Part shown: piece after piece, positions 26,279 through 35,687 of the stretch
Layout of the letters: each line of letters begins with the position of its first letter
Numbering within the stretch: the first letter of the stretch is position 1
Notes under the pieces: model-generated
Databases searched by the model: none
Told to the model about the DNA's origin: nothing
Seen by the model: the letters and a program-made list of their open reading frames with translations, nothing else
Assembly: GCA_963761335.1 (NCBI GenBank)
Contig: CAVXGR010000017.1
Coordinates: 192,001-256,000 of the forward strand
Source: an uncultured delta proteobacterium
GTDB taxonomy: Bacteria; Desulfobacterota; Binatia; HRBIN30; BPIQ01
Length of the DNA: 64,000 nucleotides
Direction: 5' to 3'
Position numbers and translations under genes: made by a program

Positions 26279-26596
26279 ATGACGCAGCACATGCGACTCG
26301 AGGTCATCCGCTGGAACGGCGACGAGCTACCCGATGAGGAGATCCTGCGCCAGCGGCTCCAGGAAGAGGGGTACGACGTCTTTCGCTGGCGCGATGAGGC
26401 GGGCATGGATTATCAGCTCCATTCTCACGATTCGGACCAGTGCCTGTGGGTGATGTCCGGGGAGATGGTGTTCGGAGCCGAGGGCAGCGAGTTCGCGCTT
26501 CGGCGCGGCGACCGTCTGGTCCTGCCGCGCGGCACCAAGCACTCGGCCCGCTCGGGCCGCGACGGGGTGACCTATCTGATCGCCGAGCGCCGCTGA
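26279..26596 (+). CDS. Cupin domain protein
   Basis: HSHD...LWVMSGEM.F......L..GD.L.LP.GT.HSA. Confidence 0.8.
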   Translation: MTQHMRLEVIRWNGDELPDEEILRQRLQEEGYDVFRWRDEAGMDYQLHSHDSDQCLWVMSGEMVFGAEGSEFALRRGDRLVLPRGTKHSARSGRDGVTYLIAERR

Positions 26597-26607
26597 AGCC
26601 GCCGGGC

Positions 26608-26675
26608 AGGGGACAGGCTACTTTTGCGACCAAGGTCGCATCGGATGTGCCGTCTGGGCCGGCAAGAGTTGCCTG
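26608..26675. repeat. GGGACAGGC-family palindrome, right arm cut short by the 428-bp repeat
   Basis: ggggacaggctacttttgc ... gcaagagttgcctg, then cttcgaaa. Confidence 0.65.
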
Positions 26676-27956
26676 CTTCGAAAATCTGTTGGGTGAAGGT
26701 CTGGCGGAGCGCACCGGCGCTTGGCGTGGAGGCTTGTCGCCCCGGAGGGACGCAGGCATGTAGCCCCGGGTGTTAACCCGGGGGCCGCGTTCCGATTGGC
26801 CCAGATCAGCGCCCCGCAGGGGCGCAGGCGCAGAGGCCGCGTGAATCACCTCGATGAGCTTCCCAGGCACCCAGCGGTGAGCATCGGCGTACAGGCGTGA
26901 CATCGACCAAAACTTGCCCGCGCCCCTGGCGGGGCGCGCCTGACGGAGCGTGCATTCTTCCCCGGGTTTCACCCGGGGCTACACGCCACCGCCCCTCCGG
27001 GGCGAACTTCAGCCGGGCGAGGACCTCCAAGTCTCTTGCCGGCGCAGATCCCCAGCCTCATTTTCATCGTCCATTGGTGAGCCGTAAGGCTCATGTCGCA
27101 CTGCTTCGAAAATCTGTTGGGTGAAGGTCTGGCGGAGCGCACCGGCGCTTGGCGTGGAGGCTTGTCGCCCCGGAGGGGCGCAGGCATGTAGCCCCGGGTG
27201 TTAACCCGGGGGCCGCGTTCCGATTGGCCCAGATCAGCGCCCCGGAGGGGCGCAGGCGCAGAGGCCGCGTGAATCACCTCGATGAGCTTCCCAGGCACCC
27301 AGCGGTGAGCATCGGCGTACAGGCGTGACATCGACGAAAACTTGCCCGCGCCCCTGGCGGGGCGCGCCTGACGGAGCGTGCATTCTTCCCCGGGTTTCAC
27401 CCGGGGCTACACGCCACCGCCCCTCCGGGGCGAACTTCAGCCGGGCGAGGACCTCCAAGTCTCTTGCCGGCGCAGATCCCCAGTCTCATTTTCATCGTCC
27501 ATTGGTGAGCCGTAAGGCTCATGTCGCACTGCTTCGAAAATCTGTTGGGTGAAGGTCTGGCGGAGCGCACCGGCGCTTGGCGTGGAGGCTTGTCGCCCCG
27601 GAGGGGCGCAGGCATGTAGCCCCGGGTGTTAACCCGGGGGCCGCGTTCCGATTGGCCCAGATCAGCGCCCCGGAGGGGCGCAGGCGCAGAGGCCGCGTGA
27701 ATCACCTCGATGAGCTTCCCAGGCACCCAGCGGTGAGCATCGGCGTACAGGCGTGACATCGACGAAAACTTGCCCGCGCCCCTGGCGGGGCGCGCCTGAC
27801 GGAGCGTGCATTCTTCCCCGGGTTTCACCCGGGGCTACACGCCACCGCCCCTCCGGGGCGAACTTCAGCCGGGCGAGGACCTCCAAGTCTCTTGCCGGCG
27901 CAGATCCCCAGCCTCATTTTCATCGTCCATTGGTGAGCCGTAAGGCTCATGTCGCA
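26673..27956. repeat. Three tandem, near-identical 428-bp palindrome-rich units
   Basis: Units start at 26673, 27101 and 27529 (ctgcttcgaaaatctgttggg...); a few SNPs distinguish them; fourth diverged copy at 57910. Confidence 0.95.
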
Positions 27957-27960
27957 CCCC

Positions 27961-28914
27961 TCAGACGTGGTTGCGGAGCATGAGCTCCTTGGGGTGGGGG
28001 TCGAGGTACACCTGCCCCTGCAGGTAGCCGACCGCGAGCTGGCGGACGTAGTGCCGCACCAGGGTGAGCGGCACGACCAGCGGCAGAAGGCCCTGCCGGT
28101 AGTCCTCGATCAGCGCCTGCAGCTCGGCGCGGGCCTCGGCGTCGAGCTGTCCGCGGAAATAGCCGGCGATGTGCTGCAGGACATTGGCGTGTCGCTTCGG
28201 CGTCGCCAGCACCGAGAGGGCATCCATGAGCTCGGCCTCATATCGGCGGCGCAGCTCGGTGCGGGGCGCGCCCTTGGCGGTGGCCACCAGGCGTCCCAGC
28301 TGTCCGTACGCGGTCGTCGAGTGCGACAGGATCTGCAGCTTGTGGGCGCTGTGAAAGGCGACGAGATCGCCGAGGCTCCAGCGCCCGGCGAAGAGCGAGC
28401 GCAGGCGGCGATATGCAAACACCCGTTCGATGAAGTTCTCGCGGAGGCGTGGATCGTTGAGGCGGCCCTCTTCCTCCACCGGAAGGTGCGGAAACCTCTC
28501 GAGGAGCGCCTCGGCGAAGACGCCTCGCCCAGAGCGCGCCGGGGCACCGGCACCCTCGTACACCTTGACGCGCTCCATGCCGCAGCTGGGCGAGTCCTTC
28601 TTCAGCACGTAGCCGCAGAGATCCTCCGCGGCCAGTTGCGCCAGGCGCCGGCGCGCATAGACGCGCATGGCGCCGGTGTGATCGTCGCCCGTCTTCGGCA
28701 TGAGCAAGCGGATCGCACCTTCCTTCCGCTCCAGTCGCAGGGTCGGCCGCGGAATCCCCAGGCCGAGCTCGACCTCGGGACAGACGGGAACCCACTCGAT
28801 GTAGCGGCCGAAGAGGTCGGTGAGAAACGTGTCCCGCTTGTGCCCGCCGTCGAAGCGCACCGCCTGCCCCAGCAGACAGGCGGAAACGCCGATGCGGATG
28901 GGTGCCTCGCTCAT
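27961..28914 (-). CDS. DUF523 + DUF1722 protein (YbbK/TudS-like fused to YbgA-like)
   Basis: IGVSACLLG..VRFDGGHK, VCPEV..GLG.PR, LKKDSPSCG, FH..HK..ILSH, YL.PHP.EL.LRNHV. Confidence 0.9.
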   Translation of the reverse strand: MSEAPIRIGVSACLLGQAVRFDGGHKRDTFLTDLFGRYIEWVPVCPEVELGLGIPRPTLRLERKEGAIRLLMPKTGDDHTGAMRVYARRRLAQLAAEDLCGYVLKKDSPSCGMERVKVYEGAGAPARSGRGVFAEALLERFPHLPVEEEGRLNDPRLRENFIERVFAYRRLRSLFAGRWSLGDLVAFHSAHKLQILSHSTTAYGQLGRLVATAKGAPRTELRRRYEAELMDALSVLATPKRHANVLQHIAGYFRGQLDAEARAELQALIEDYRQGLLPLVVPLTLVRHYVRQLAVGYLQGQVYLDPHPKELMLRNHV

Positions 28915-28965
28915 CGGTGGTGTTGGGCGATGATCGTCAGCGGCCCCGGCGCTCAGCGGCACCGC

Positions 28966-29628
28966 TCAGCGCGCCAGGACGATCGGAGAGAGCACCTTCT
29001 CCTCGAGCCATGCGGAAACCGACTCGAGGGCGGCGGCGTCGATCTCGTGGCCGATGTCGAACTCGCGGTAGGTGAGCGGGACGCGCAGGCGGCGCAGTGT
29101 TTCCACCGATTCGCGGGCGCGCTCGACCGGAATCAGATCGTCGCCTGTGCCGTGCTGCACCAAGGTAGGGAGCGACTCGCGCTCCGCCGGCGGCAGGGCC
29201 GACCCCAGATCCTCCGGCAGCCATGAGCTCAGTGCCACGAGGCCGGCGAAGCGCTCGGGGGCGCTGAGCCCCAGTGCGTACGCCATCACTCCCCCCTGGC
29301 TGAAGCCGAGAAGGACGAGCTTGTTGCGCCGGATCGGATAGCGTTGTAGCGCCTGGTCGACGAACTCTCCGATGCTCCGCACCCCGGAGTCGAACGACGA
29401 GCGATCCAGCGGCGCGCCGGCGGTGAGCGGAAACCACCCGTAGCCGGTCATCGGTCCGAGCGGCACCTGCACGGTCCCCTGCGGGCAGAGAACCAGGAAG
29501 CGACCGTCCCCCAGAAAGGGAGCCAGGCCGAGAAGGTCGAGAGCGTTGGCCCCCCAGCCATGCAAGGCGATGACGGTCGGGTGCGGCCCCTCTCCCTCGG
29601 GTTCGTAGACGGCGTGGATGAGGTTCAT
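28966..29628 (-). CDS. Phospholipase/carboxylesterase
   Basis: LHGWGAN, GFSQGG, HGTGDDLIP, GHEI. Confidence 0.9.
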   Translation of the reverse strand: MNLIHAVYEPEGEGPHPTVIALHGWGANALDLLGLAPFLGDGRFLVLCPQGTVQVPLGPMTGYGWFPLTAGAPLDRSSFDSGVRSIGEFVDQALQRYPIRRNKLVLLGFSQGGVMAYALGLSAPERFAGLVALSSWLPEDLGSALPPAERESLPTLVQHGTGDDLIPVERARESVETLRRLRVPLTYREFDIGHEIDAAALESVSAWLEEKVLSPIVLAR

Positions 29629-29790
29629 GATCTGCAAGCCACATGAGCACGGATACGCGGCTTTGGCGAGACTCCGTGGACGGCTGGCCGGCGACCCCAG
29701 CGCGAGGCAGCCGGCCACATATTGCGGCATCGATCGTTCCGGGCCAATTTGGAGCGGGACTTCAGCCGCCCAAGGGGCCACGGAGGATCG

Positions 29791-30222
29791 ATGGACAGTG
29801 CATCGGGATTGCGCGAGCGCCGCGAAGCGGTAGTTCGCGAGCATATGGAATCGGAGAATCGCCACGAGTTCGATGTGACGCTGCGCACTTTCTCGCGCCC
29901 CCGGTACGAGATCATACCCACCGGCGAGATCTTCGACGGCGCCGAGGAGGTATCACGCTACTACGAGACCTCGCGTGCCGCCTTCCCCGACCAACGCAAC
30001 GAAGTTCGCGCCCTCCACCACAGTGATGGCGCGGTGATCGTCGAGTTCGACCTCCTCGGCACGCACCGCGGTTCCCTCCGCGGCATCCCGGCGACCAATC
30101 GCGAGTTTCGTTGTGCGATGGTGGCATTCTTTTTCTTTGAAGGAGATCGCATCTCTTGCGAGCGCGTCTACTTTGACGCCGCCACGATCCTGCGGCAGCT
30201 CGGCATTCTCTCCGATGCCTGA
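29791..30222 (+). CDS. SnoaL-like ester cyclase
   Basis: SD GGAGG; AAFPD, GTHRG...GIPATNR, ERVYFD..TILRQLG. Confidence 0.85.
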   Translation: MDSASGLRERREAVVREHMESENRHEFDVTLRTFSRPRYEIIPTGEIFDGAEEVSRYYETSRAAFPDQRNEVRALHHSDGAVIVEFDLLGTHRGSLRGIPATNREFRCAMVAFFFFEGDRISCERVYFDAATILRQLGILSDA

Positions 30223-31265
30223 TGGACAGAAGGGCTCTTGCCAGCCTCGCTCTCGTCACCCTGCTGGGCTGCGCCACGGCGACGCCGCCATTCCGCGATG
30301 CAGGCGGCAAGGTGCTGCGGGGCAGCATCGCCGAGGAGACCTACCTGCAGATGCCGGGGGCGAAGGAGTACCTGCTGCTGCGCGGACGCGATGCGAGCAA
30401 TCCGCTGCTGCTGTTCGTCCACGGCGGACCGGGTGGGAGCGAGACCGCCTTGATGCGGCTCTTCAACGCCGACCTGGAGAACCACTTCGTCGTTGCCTAC
30501 TGGGATCAGCGCGGCGCGGGAAAGTCGTACGCTGCGGATATTCCGCGCGACACCATGAGCATCGCGCAATTCGTTGACGACATGAATCGCGTCGTTGACT
30601 ATCTGCGCGCCCGATTGGGGCCCAGACGCGTGCTGGTTCTCGGCCATTCCTGGGGCTCAGCTCTGGGTATGCTCTACATCCACGAGCATCCCGAAAGGGT
30701 GGCGGGCTACATCGGCGTCGGGCAGGTCGCCGACAATCGCGCCGACGAGTTGCACGCCTACGAGTTCGCCGTCGAGCAGGCTCGGGAGCGCGAGAACCAG
30801 AAGGCAATCGAGGATCTGGCGCGAATCGGGCCGCCGCCTTACCGTTTCCAGCAGCTCGTCGTTCGAGACCGCTGGCTGGAGCATTTCGGCGGCGTCTTTC
30901 ACGTGCAGATCGACAAATGGGCAGTGGCCTGGCGGGCATTGTGGACCCCCGAGGCCGGCCTCTGCGATCTGTGGCGACTGTGGCACGGCATTCAGTTCTC
31001 GCAAGAGGCCCTGTGGTCGGAGTTCGCCCGGCTCGATCTCACCGAGGAGGTGCCGTCCGTGCAGGTTCCGGTGACCTTCATACTGGGCCGCTTCGACCAG
31101 CGCACTTGGGCGCCGCTCGCGGCGCGCTACCTCGAAGAGCTGCAGGCGCCGCAGAAGCACCTCATCTGGCTGGAGAGATCCGCGCACAACGGCCCCTTCG
31201 AAGAGCCGCAAGCATTCCGCCGAGCGGTGATTGCCGCGGGTGCTGCCGATCGCCGCCTCGAATGA
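30222..31265 (+). CDS. Alpha/beta hydrolase (proline iminopeptidase-like), probable lipoprotein
   Basis: LLGC lipobox, HGGPG, WDQRGAGKS, GHSWG, SAH. Confidence 0.88.
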   Translation: MDRRALASLALVTLLGCATATPPFRDAGGKVLRGSIAEETYLQMPGAKEYLLLRGRDASNPLLLFVHGGPGGSETALMRLFNADLENHFVVAYWDQRGAGKSYAADIPRDTMSIAQFVDDMNRVVDYLRARLGPRRVLVLGHSWGSALGMLYIHEHPERVAGYIGVGQVADNRADELHAYEFAVEQARERENQKAIEDLARIGPPPYRFQQLVVRDRWLEHFGGVFHVQIDKWAVAWRALWTPEAGLCDLWRLWHGIQFSQEALWSEFARLDLTEEVPSVQVPVTFILGRFDQRTWAPLAARYLEELQAPQKHLIWLERSAHNGPFEEPQAFRRAVIAAGAADRRLE

Positions 31266-31307
31266 TCGCCGGTGGAGACGCGTCCCTACCGCTTCCCCAT
31301 CCGCGGC

Positions 31308-32837
31308 TCAGCGCCAGTCGACCGCCCCGAGATCGGTCTGCCCGAAGAAGACGTAGGCGAGGCTGAGTGTGCCGACCGACTCGTTCCGGTAGGCGACGTT
31401 CGCGTACTTGGCGTCCCGGTGGGAGATGGCGTAGCGAAGGCCGATCCCGTGGCGGCGCCAGACGCGTACGGCGAGCGAAAGGTCGCCGCGCGCGATGTTC
31501 TCCCACCCGTGCGGCTTGGGCGAAGCCAGATCGCTGACGTAGTACTCGCGCGATTCGAGATCGATCATCACCCGGTCGCCGAGGATCAGGCGCAGCGCCA
31601 GCAGCGCCTGCGGCGTGGTGCCGTAGTGATAGTCGCGGTTGCCGATCGGGTGCACGCTTCCCGCGGCGCCGTAGCCGGCGCCGAGCAGCGCCGTGCCCTG
31701 CAGAGCGGCGTGGTCGGACAGCCATGTCTGCCAGGTGGTGCCCGCCGAGAGCGCCGCGCTCGATACCCGGAAGACCTGAGGGGAAACGTAGTCGTAGCTG
31801 CCGTAGAGCCCCCAGACTCCGCGTGTCGATTCGCCGGCGCAGTAGTCGGCGCCGTAGAGGAGGCCTCGCGAGAGAATGCTCTCGATGGCGTTCGAGGTGA
31901 CGGTGACCAGCTGGAAGTTGAAATAGTCGAAGGGGCGCTCGTACGCATAGCCGGGCTTGCCGGGGAGGCCGTAGTCGAAGGAGACACGGCCGAAGGCGCC
32001 GCCCTCCTCGGCGTCGCTGGAGACGTTGTGACTCGTCCCCGACAGGGTGCCGCCGACCTCGAGGCGGCCGAAGATCGCCGGATCACGGCTCGGATACACG
32101 GTGTCGAACCGGTTACCGAATACCAGCCGATTGAAGCCGACTGCTGGTGAGATCGCGGCGGCGCCCAGTTCGCGCCACCATTGCGGGTGCTCGCCGCCGG
32201 ATTCGAGTAGCAGGTTGGCCATGCGGAAGAGCGGCTCACCGAAGAAGGTGCCACCGAAGGTGGTGAAGATCTGGTCGTTGACCGACGGGCGGTTGGTCTC
32301 GCCGCCGATTTCCCACAGAAAGCTTCCGGCGCCGGCGTAGAGCAGCGATTCCCAGAAGTTCAGGCCGGTGGAGCGGGCGAGGGTGTAGTAGACCGTGCCG
32401 CTGTACGGGTGCAGAAACTGGTTGGTGGCGAAGCGATCCGTGTCGACGACCCAGTCTTCCTTGCGGAAGTGGTCCCAGATGGTGCCGAAGTCGGTGCGGT
32501 ACTGCCCCGGATCGGAGCCGAACTGTCGGTCGTACTGGTTGAGGAGGAGCAGGTAGCCGATGGTTTCGATTGCCGGGATCGCGTAGCTCTTTCCGGCTCC
32601 GGTTTCCCAGCTCAGCGTCGAGTCCGCCTTTGGAGGCACGGTCGATGCCAGGGTGCCTGCGGGTGTTGGGGAGGCGTACGGGCGCGCGGTGCCGTCCGCC
32701 GCTCCGGCGAGAGGGGGGCTGCCGGCCAGAACGACCAGAACGATCAGCGCCACCGTGCCGCGACACGTGCGGCCGTGCCGAGCAATCGTTGCTGAAGGGT
32801 CGGGTGAGGCAGGCAAGGCTGTGCGGCAGAGGTACAT
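31308..32837 (-). CDS. DUF3943-like outer membrane protein
   Basis: D.D.FATNQFLHPYSG..YY..ARS.G..FWES...GSFLWE..GET..PS.NDQI.T; start uncertain. Confidence 0.75.
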   Translation of the reverse strand: MYLCRTALPASPDPSATIARHGRTCRGTVALIVLVVLAGSPPLAGAADGTARPYASPTPAGTLASTVPPKADSTLSWETGAGKSYAIPAIETIGYLLLLNQYDRQFGSDPGQYRTDFGTIWDHFRKEDWVVDTDRFATNQFLHPYSGTVYYTLARSTGLNFWESLLYAGAGSFLWEIGGETNRPSVNDQIFTTFGGTFFGEPLFRMANLLLESGGEHPQWWRELGAAAISPAVGFNRLVFGNRFDTVYPSRDPAIFGRLEVGGTLSGTSHNVSSDAEEGGAFGRVSFDYGLPGKPGYAYERPFDYFNFQLVTVTSNAIESILSRGLLYGADYCAGESTRGVWGLYGSYDYVSPQVFRVSSAALSAGTTWQTWLSDHAALQGTALLGAGYGAAGSVHPIGNRDYHYGTTPQALLALRLILGDRVMIDLESREYYVSDLASPKPHGWENIARGDLSLAVRVWRRHGIGLRYAISHRDAKYANVAYRNESVGTLSLAYVFFGQTDLGAVDWR

Positions 32838-32974
32838 GATCGGCAGATGCCCCGGCGAGGAGCGGCTTGCCCGTTTCGCACTCGCGGGCGTTCAGCGGCG
32901 GTTGTCACGCGCCGCTCTTCCGCACATTGTCACGCCAAACTTCGGCGGGATCAATACGGGTCCCCAAACAAAAG

Positions 32975-33024
32975 GTAGAAGCACCGCCCCGGCACTTTGC
33001 GAAGCGGCGAGACGCCGCTTCTAC
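32975..33024. repeat. GTAG-type REP palindrome
   Basis: gtagaagcaccgccccggcactttgcgaagcggcgagacgccgcttctac; same family as the 49710-49960 array. Confidence 0.75.
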
Positions 33025-33037
33025 AAGGAGACACGGG

Positions 33038-34699
33038 CTAGCGGAGTCGCCGCCGCCGGCGCAAAGCCCAGCCCATCGCCAGCGCCAGCAGCGAGATCAT
33101 GGCCACGCCGCCTGCGGACCAGGGCGAGCTGACCAGTGGGATCGCCTGTGCCGCCTGGCCGACGCCGCTCAGATCGATCTGCTCGGTGCCGCCGTTGGTC
33201 TGGATCTCCAGCTGGCAGGTGAACGTTCCCGTCCCCGGCGGCGTGAAGGTGACCATCAGCGAGACCTGCTGGTTCGCCGTCAGGTTGATCGTCGTCGGCG
33301 ACACGCTGAAGCCGGTGCAGGGAGTCTGCGCGGTGCCGGTGAGCGTGCCGGTGCCGACGTTCTGAGCGACGTAGGTGAAGGTGGAGCTGCCGCCGCTGCT
33401 GACCGGTCCGAAGTTGTGCGGTTGCGGTGGCTGCACGTCGAGGACGGGCCCGCTGGTCGCGGTGATGCTGGGCGTCGCTGCTGCGGTGATGGTGGCGGAC
33501 GCCGTCGCCGTCGGGCTGGCGCTGCCGGTCGCAGTGGCCGTCGCCGTGATCGCCACCGTCTGCGTTGTCGTCGCCGTGCTCGTCGGAGTTGCCGTCACCG
33601 CCGCCGTCTGCGTCACCGTGGCCGCGCCGGTCTGCGTCGGCGTCGCCGCCGTTGTCTGTGTGGTCGTGGCAGCCGGCGTCTGGGTCACGGTCGCTGCCGA
33701 AGTCTGCGTGGCTGTCACCGCCGCGGTCTGCGTCTCCGTGCCGCTGGGCGTCATCGTCGGCGTCTCCGTCGGCGTCAGTGTGGGCGTCAATGACGGCGTC
33801 CAGGTCGGGGTGGCGCTCGCGGTCATGCTCGGCGTCGACGTCGGTGTCATCGTCGGTGTCGCCGTCGCCTCGCCGGTCGGCGTCCACGTCGGGGTGAAGG
33901 TCGGGGTCAAGCTCGGCGTGAAGGTGGGCGTCAAGCTGGGAGTCGTCGTCGGCGTTTCGGTCCCCACCCCAACAGGGGCGTACTGGCAGCCGTTCACCGG
34001 ATCGCAGCTGTCGGTGGTGCAGGGGTTGCCGTCGTCGCAGCTCAGGGCAATCGTCTCGCAGTTGCCGTTGGCGGGATTGCAGTCGAGCGTGCAGACGTTG
34101 TTGTCGCTGGTGCACTTCGGCTGTCCCGTGCAGACGCCGGTGTTGCAGGTCTCGTTGATGGTGCACGGGTTGAAATCGGTGCAGCTCAGGCCCTCGTTCT
34201 TCGGCGCCGGGAAGCAGAAGCCCGCCTGGCACGAGAAGGAGAGGCAGTCGAGGCTGATCCCCGTGTTGCACGGAGTATCGTTGGTCACTGGCGTGCCCAT
34301 GCACTGAGAGGGAAACGGTCCGATCGGTGCGGTGCAGGTGTCGTCGGTGGTGCACTCGTTGCCGTCGTCGCAGGAGACGCCGGACGTCGAGGTGTGGATG
34401 CAGCCGGTGTTGGAATCGCAGGAATCGGTGGTGCAGGGATTGCCGTCGTCGCAGTCGAGCGGGGTGGATACGCAGGTGCCGGTGCTCTCGTCGCAACCCT
34501 CGACGGTGCACAGATCGGCGTCCGGAGTGCAGATCACCGGCGTACCGACACAGTCCCCATCGACGCACATGTCGCCGGTGGTGCACAGCGACTGGTCGTT
34601 GCAGGAGATTCCCTGCGCCCGGACGAGCGCTGGCCAAGCGGCGGCGGCGACCAACACCCACAACCCCACTGCGATAACCAAACGATACCGATTTGCCAT
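33038..34699 (-). CDS. Surface protein: Cys-rich CDDGNPCT repeats, Pro/Thr stalk, Ig-like domain, C-terminal sorting/TM tail
   Basis: Signal peptide; repeated CDDGN.CTTD.C; (TP/TAT)n stalk; FG.V...NVGTGTL...F.P domain; IPLV...TM helix-RRRRR. Confidence 0.8.
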   Translation of the reverse strand: MANRYRLVIAVGLWVLVAAAAWPALVRAQGISCNDQSLCTTGDMCVDGDCVGTPVICTPDADLCTVEGCDESTGTCVSTPLDCDDGNPCTTDSCDSNTGCIHTSTSGVSCDDGNECTTDDTCTAPIGPFPSQCMGTPVTNDTPCNTGISLDCLSFSCQAGFCFPAPKNEGLSCTDFNPCTINETCNTGVCTGQPKCTSDNNVCTLDCNPANGNCETIALSCDDGNPCTTDSCDPVNGCQYAPVGVGTETPTTTPSLTPTFTPSLTPTFTPTWTPTGEATATPTMTPTSTPSMTASATPTWTPSLTPTLTPTETPTMTPSGTETQTAAVTATQTSAATVTQTPAATTTQTTAATPTQTGAATVTQTAAVTATPTSTATTTQTVAITATATATGSASPTATASATITAAATPSITATSGPVLDVQPPQPHNFGPVSSGGSSTFTYVAQNVGTGTLTGTAQTPCTGFSVSPTTINLTANQQVSLMVTFTPPGTGTFTCQLEIQTNGGTEQIDLSGVGQAAQAIPLVSSPWSAGGVAMISLLALAMGWALRRRRRLR

Positions 34700-34848
34700 G
34701 ATCCCCACCTGCCCGATTCTGCGCAGCGACTGCGCCGAGACGCGGGGCAGAATAATCTTCCCCGCGCGGCAGTCAAGATGAAAGCGGCGCGCTGCGGCGG
34801 AAAAAGGGCGAGTTCTCGGGTTTCCGGGTCTGCGGGTTTGCGAATCTG

Positions 34849-34911
34849 CGACACGGCGCTGCGCCAGATCTGGCCGCCGCCCTCGCCTTGAGCGCCGTCG
34901 ATCTCGATCAG
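34849..34911 (-). pseudogene. Remnant of the RNA 3'-terminal phosphate cyclase N-terminus
   Basis: LIEIDGAQGEGGGQIWRSAVS resembles the RtcA start (IDGSxGEGGGQILR); nothing further follows. Confidence 0.6.
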
Positions 34912-34939
34912 GCGACGGCGATGGCGCCGCCCTCGCTGC

Positions 34940-35641
34940 TCACAGGAGCTCTCGCAGCGAAGCGATGATGCGGTGCGGTCGCCCCGGGGCATCGGGTGGC
35001 AGGCCGCGGCGGCGACTGTCCATCCACACGGTATAGAGCCCGAGCTGCTGCGGCGCGATCACTTCCCAATGGAGATTGTCGCCGACCATCCAGGTGTCGG
35101 CCGGGGTTGACCCCAGAGACGCCATCGCCGTGCGGTAGGCGCGCGGATCCGGCTTGCCGTAGCCGAGCTCGCCCTCGACGAAGATGCCGTCGAAGAGAGG
35201 CGCGAGGCTGAAGCGCTCGATCTTGGCGCGCTGTACCGGCCCGGCGCCGTTGGTGAGCAGCGCCGTGCGCACGCCGCGGGCGCGGAGCACCTCGAGCGTC
35301 TCCACGGCGTCCGGAAAAAGGCACATGCAGGCGTCGCGACGGTCGCTGTAGCCGTCGGCGATCCGGGCGGCCAGCTCGGCGGAGTCTTGGCCGAGCTCGG
35401 CGAGGGCATCGGCGACGACGCGGCGCCGGGCGGCGCGCAGCTCGAGCCGGCCGCTGCGGTGGCGTTCGGCATCGCTCCAGAACCACCTCCGCCTCCTCTC
35501 GACGATCTCGAACAGCGCCTCGCCGTCGATGCCGCGCTCCGCCGCCGCCCCGACGCACAGCTCGCGCCACAGCGGCGCCGGATCGCCGCCGCAGTCGATG
35601 ATGGTATCGTCGAGGTCGAAGAGGATGGCCCCGGGAGTCAC
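34940..35641 (-). CDS. HAD-superfamily hydrolase
   Basis: FDLDDT, LLTNG, GKPDP, VGDN. Confidence 0.9.
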   Translation of the reverse strand: MTPGAILFDLDDTIIDCGGDPAPLWRELCVGAAAERGIDGEALFEIVERRRRWFWSDAERHRSGRLELRAARRRVVADALAELGQDSAELAARIADGYSDRRDACMCLFPDAVETLEVLRARGVRTALLTNGAGPVQRAKIERFSLAPLFDGIFVEGELGYGKPDPRAYRTAMASLGSTPADTWMVGDNLHWEVIAPQQLGLYTVWMDSRRRGLPPDAPGRPHRIIASLRELL

Positions 35642-35687
35642 CCGGGCATCATTTCAGAGACGCGAGTCGGGGACAACGTCGGCCCCT

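Noticed and set aside
26673..27956. CRISPR array, or the repeated 74-143 aa ORFs as genes
   Set aside because: Whole 428-bp units repeat with no unique spacers; the ORFs are translations of palindromic DNA on both strands.
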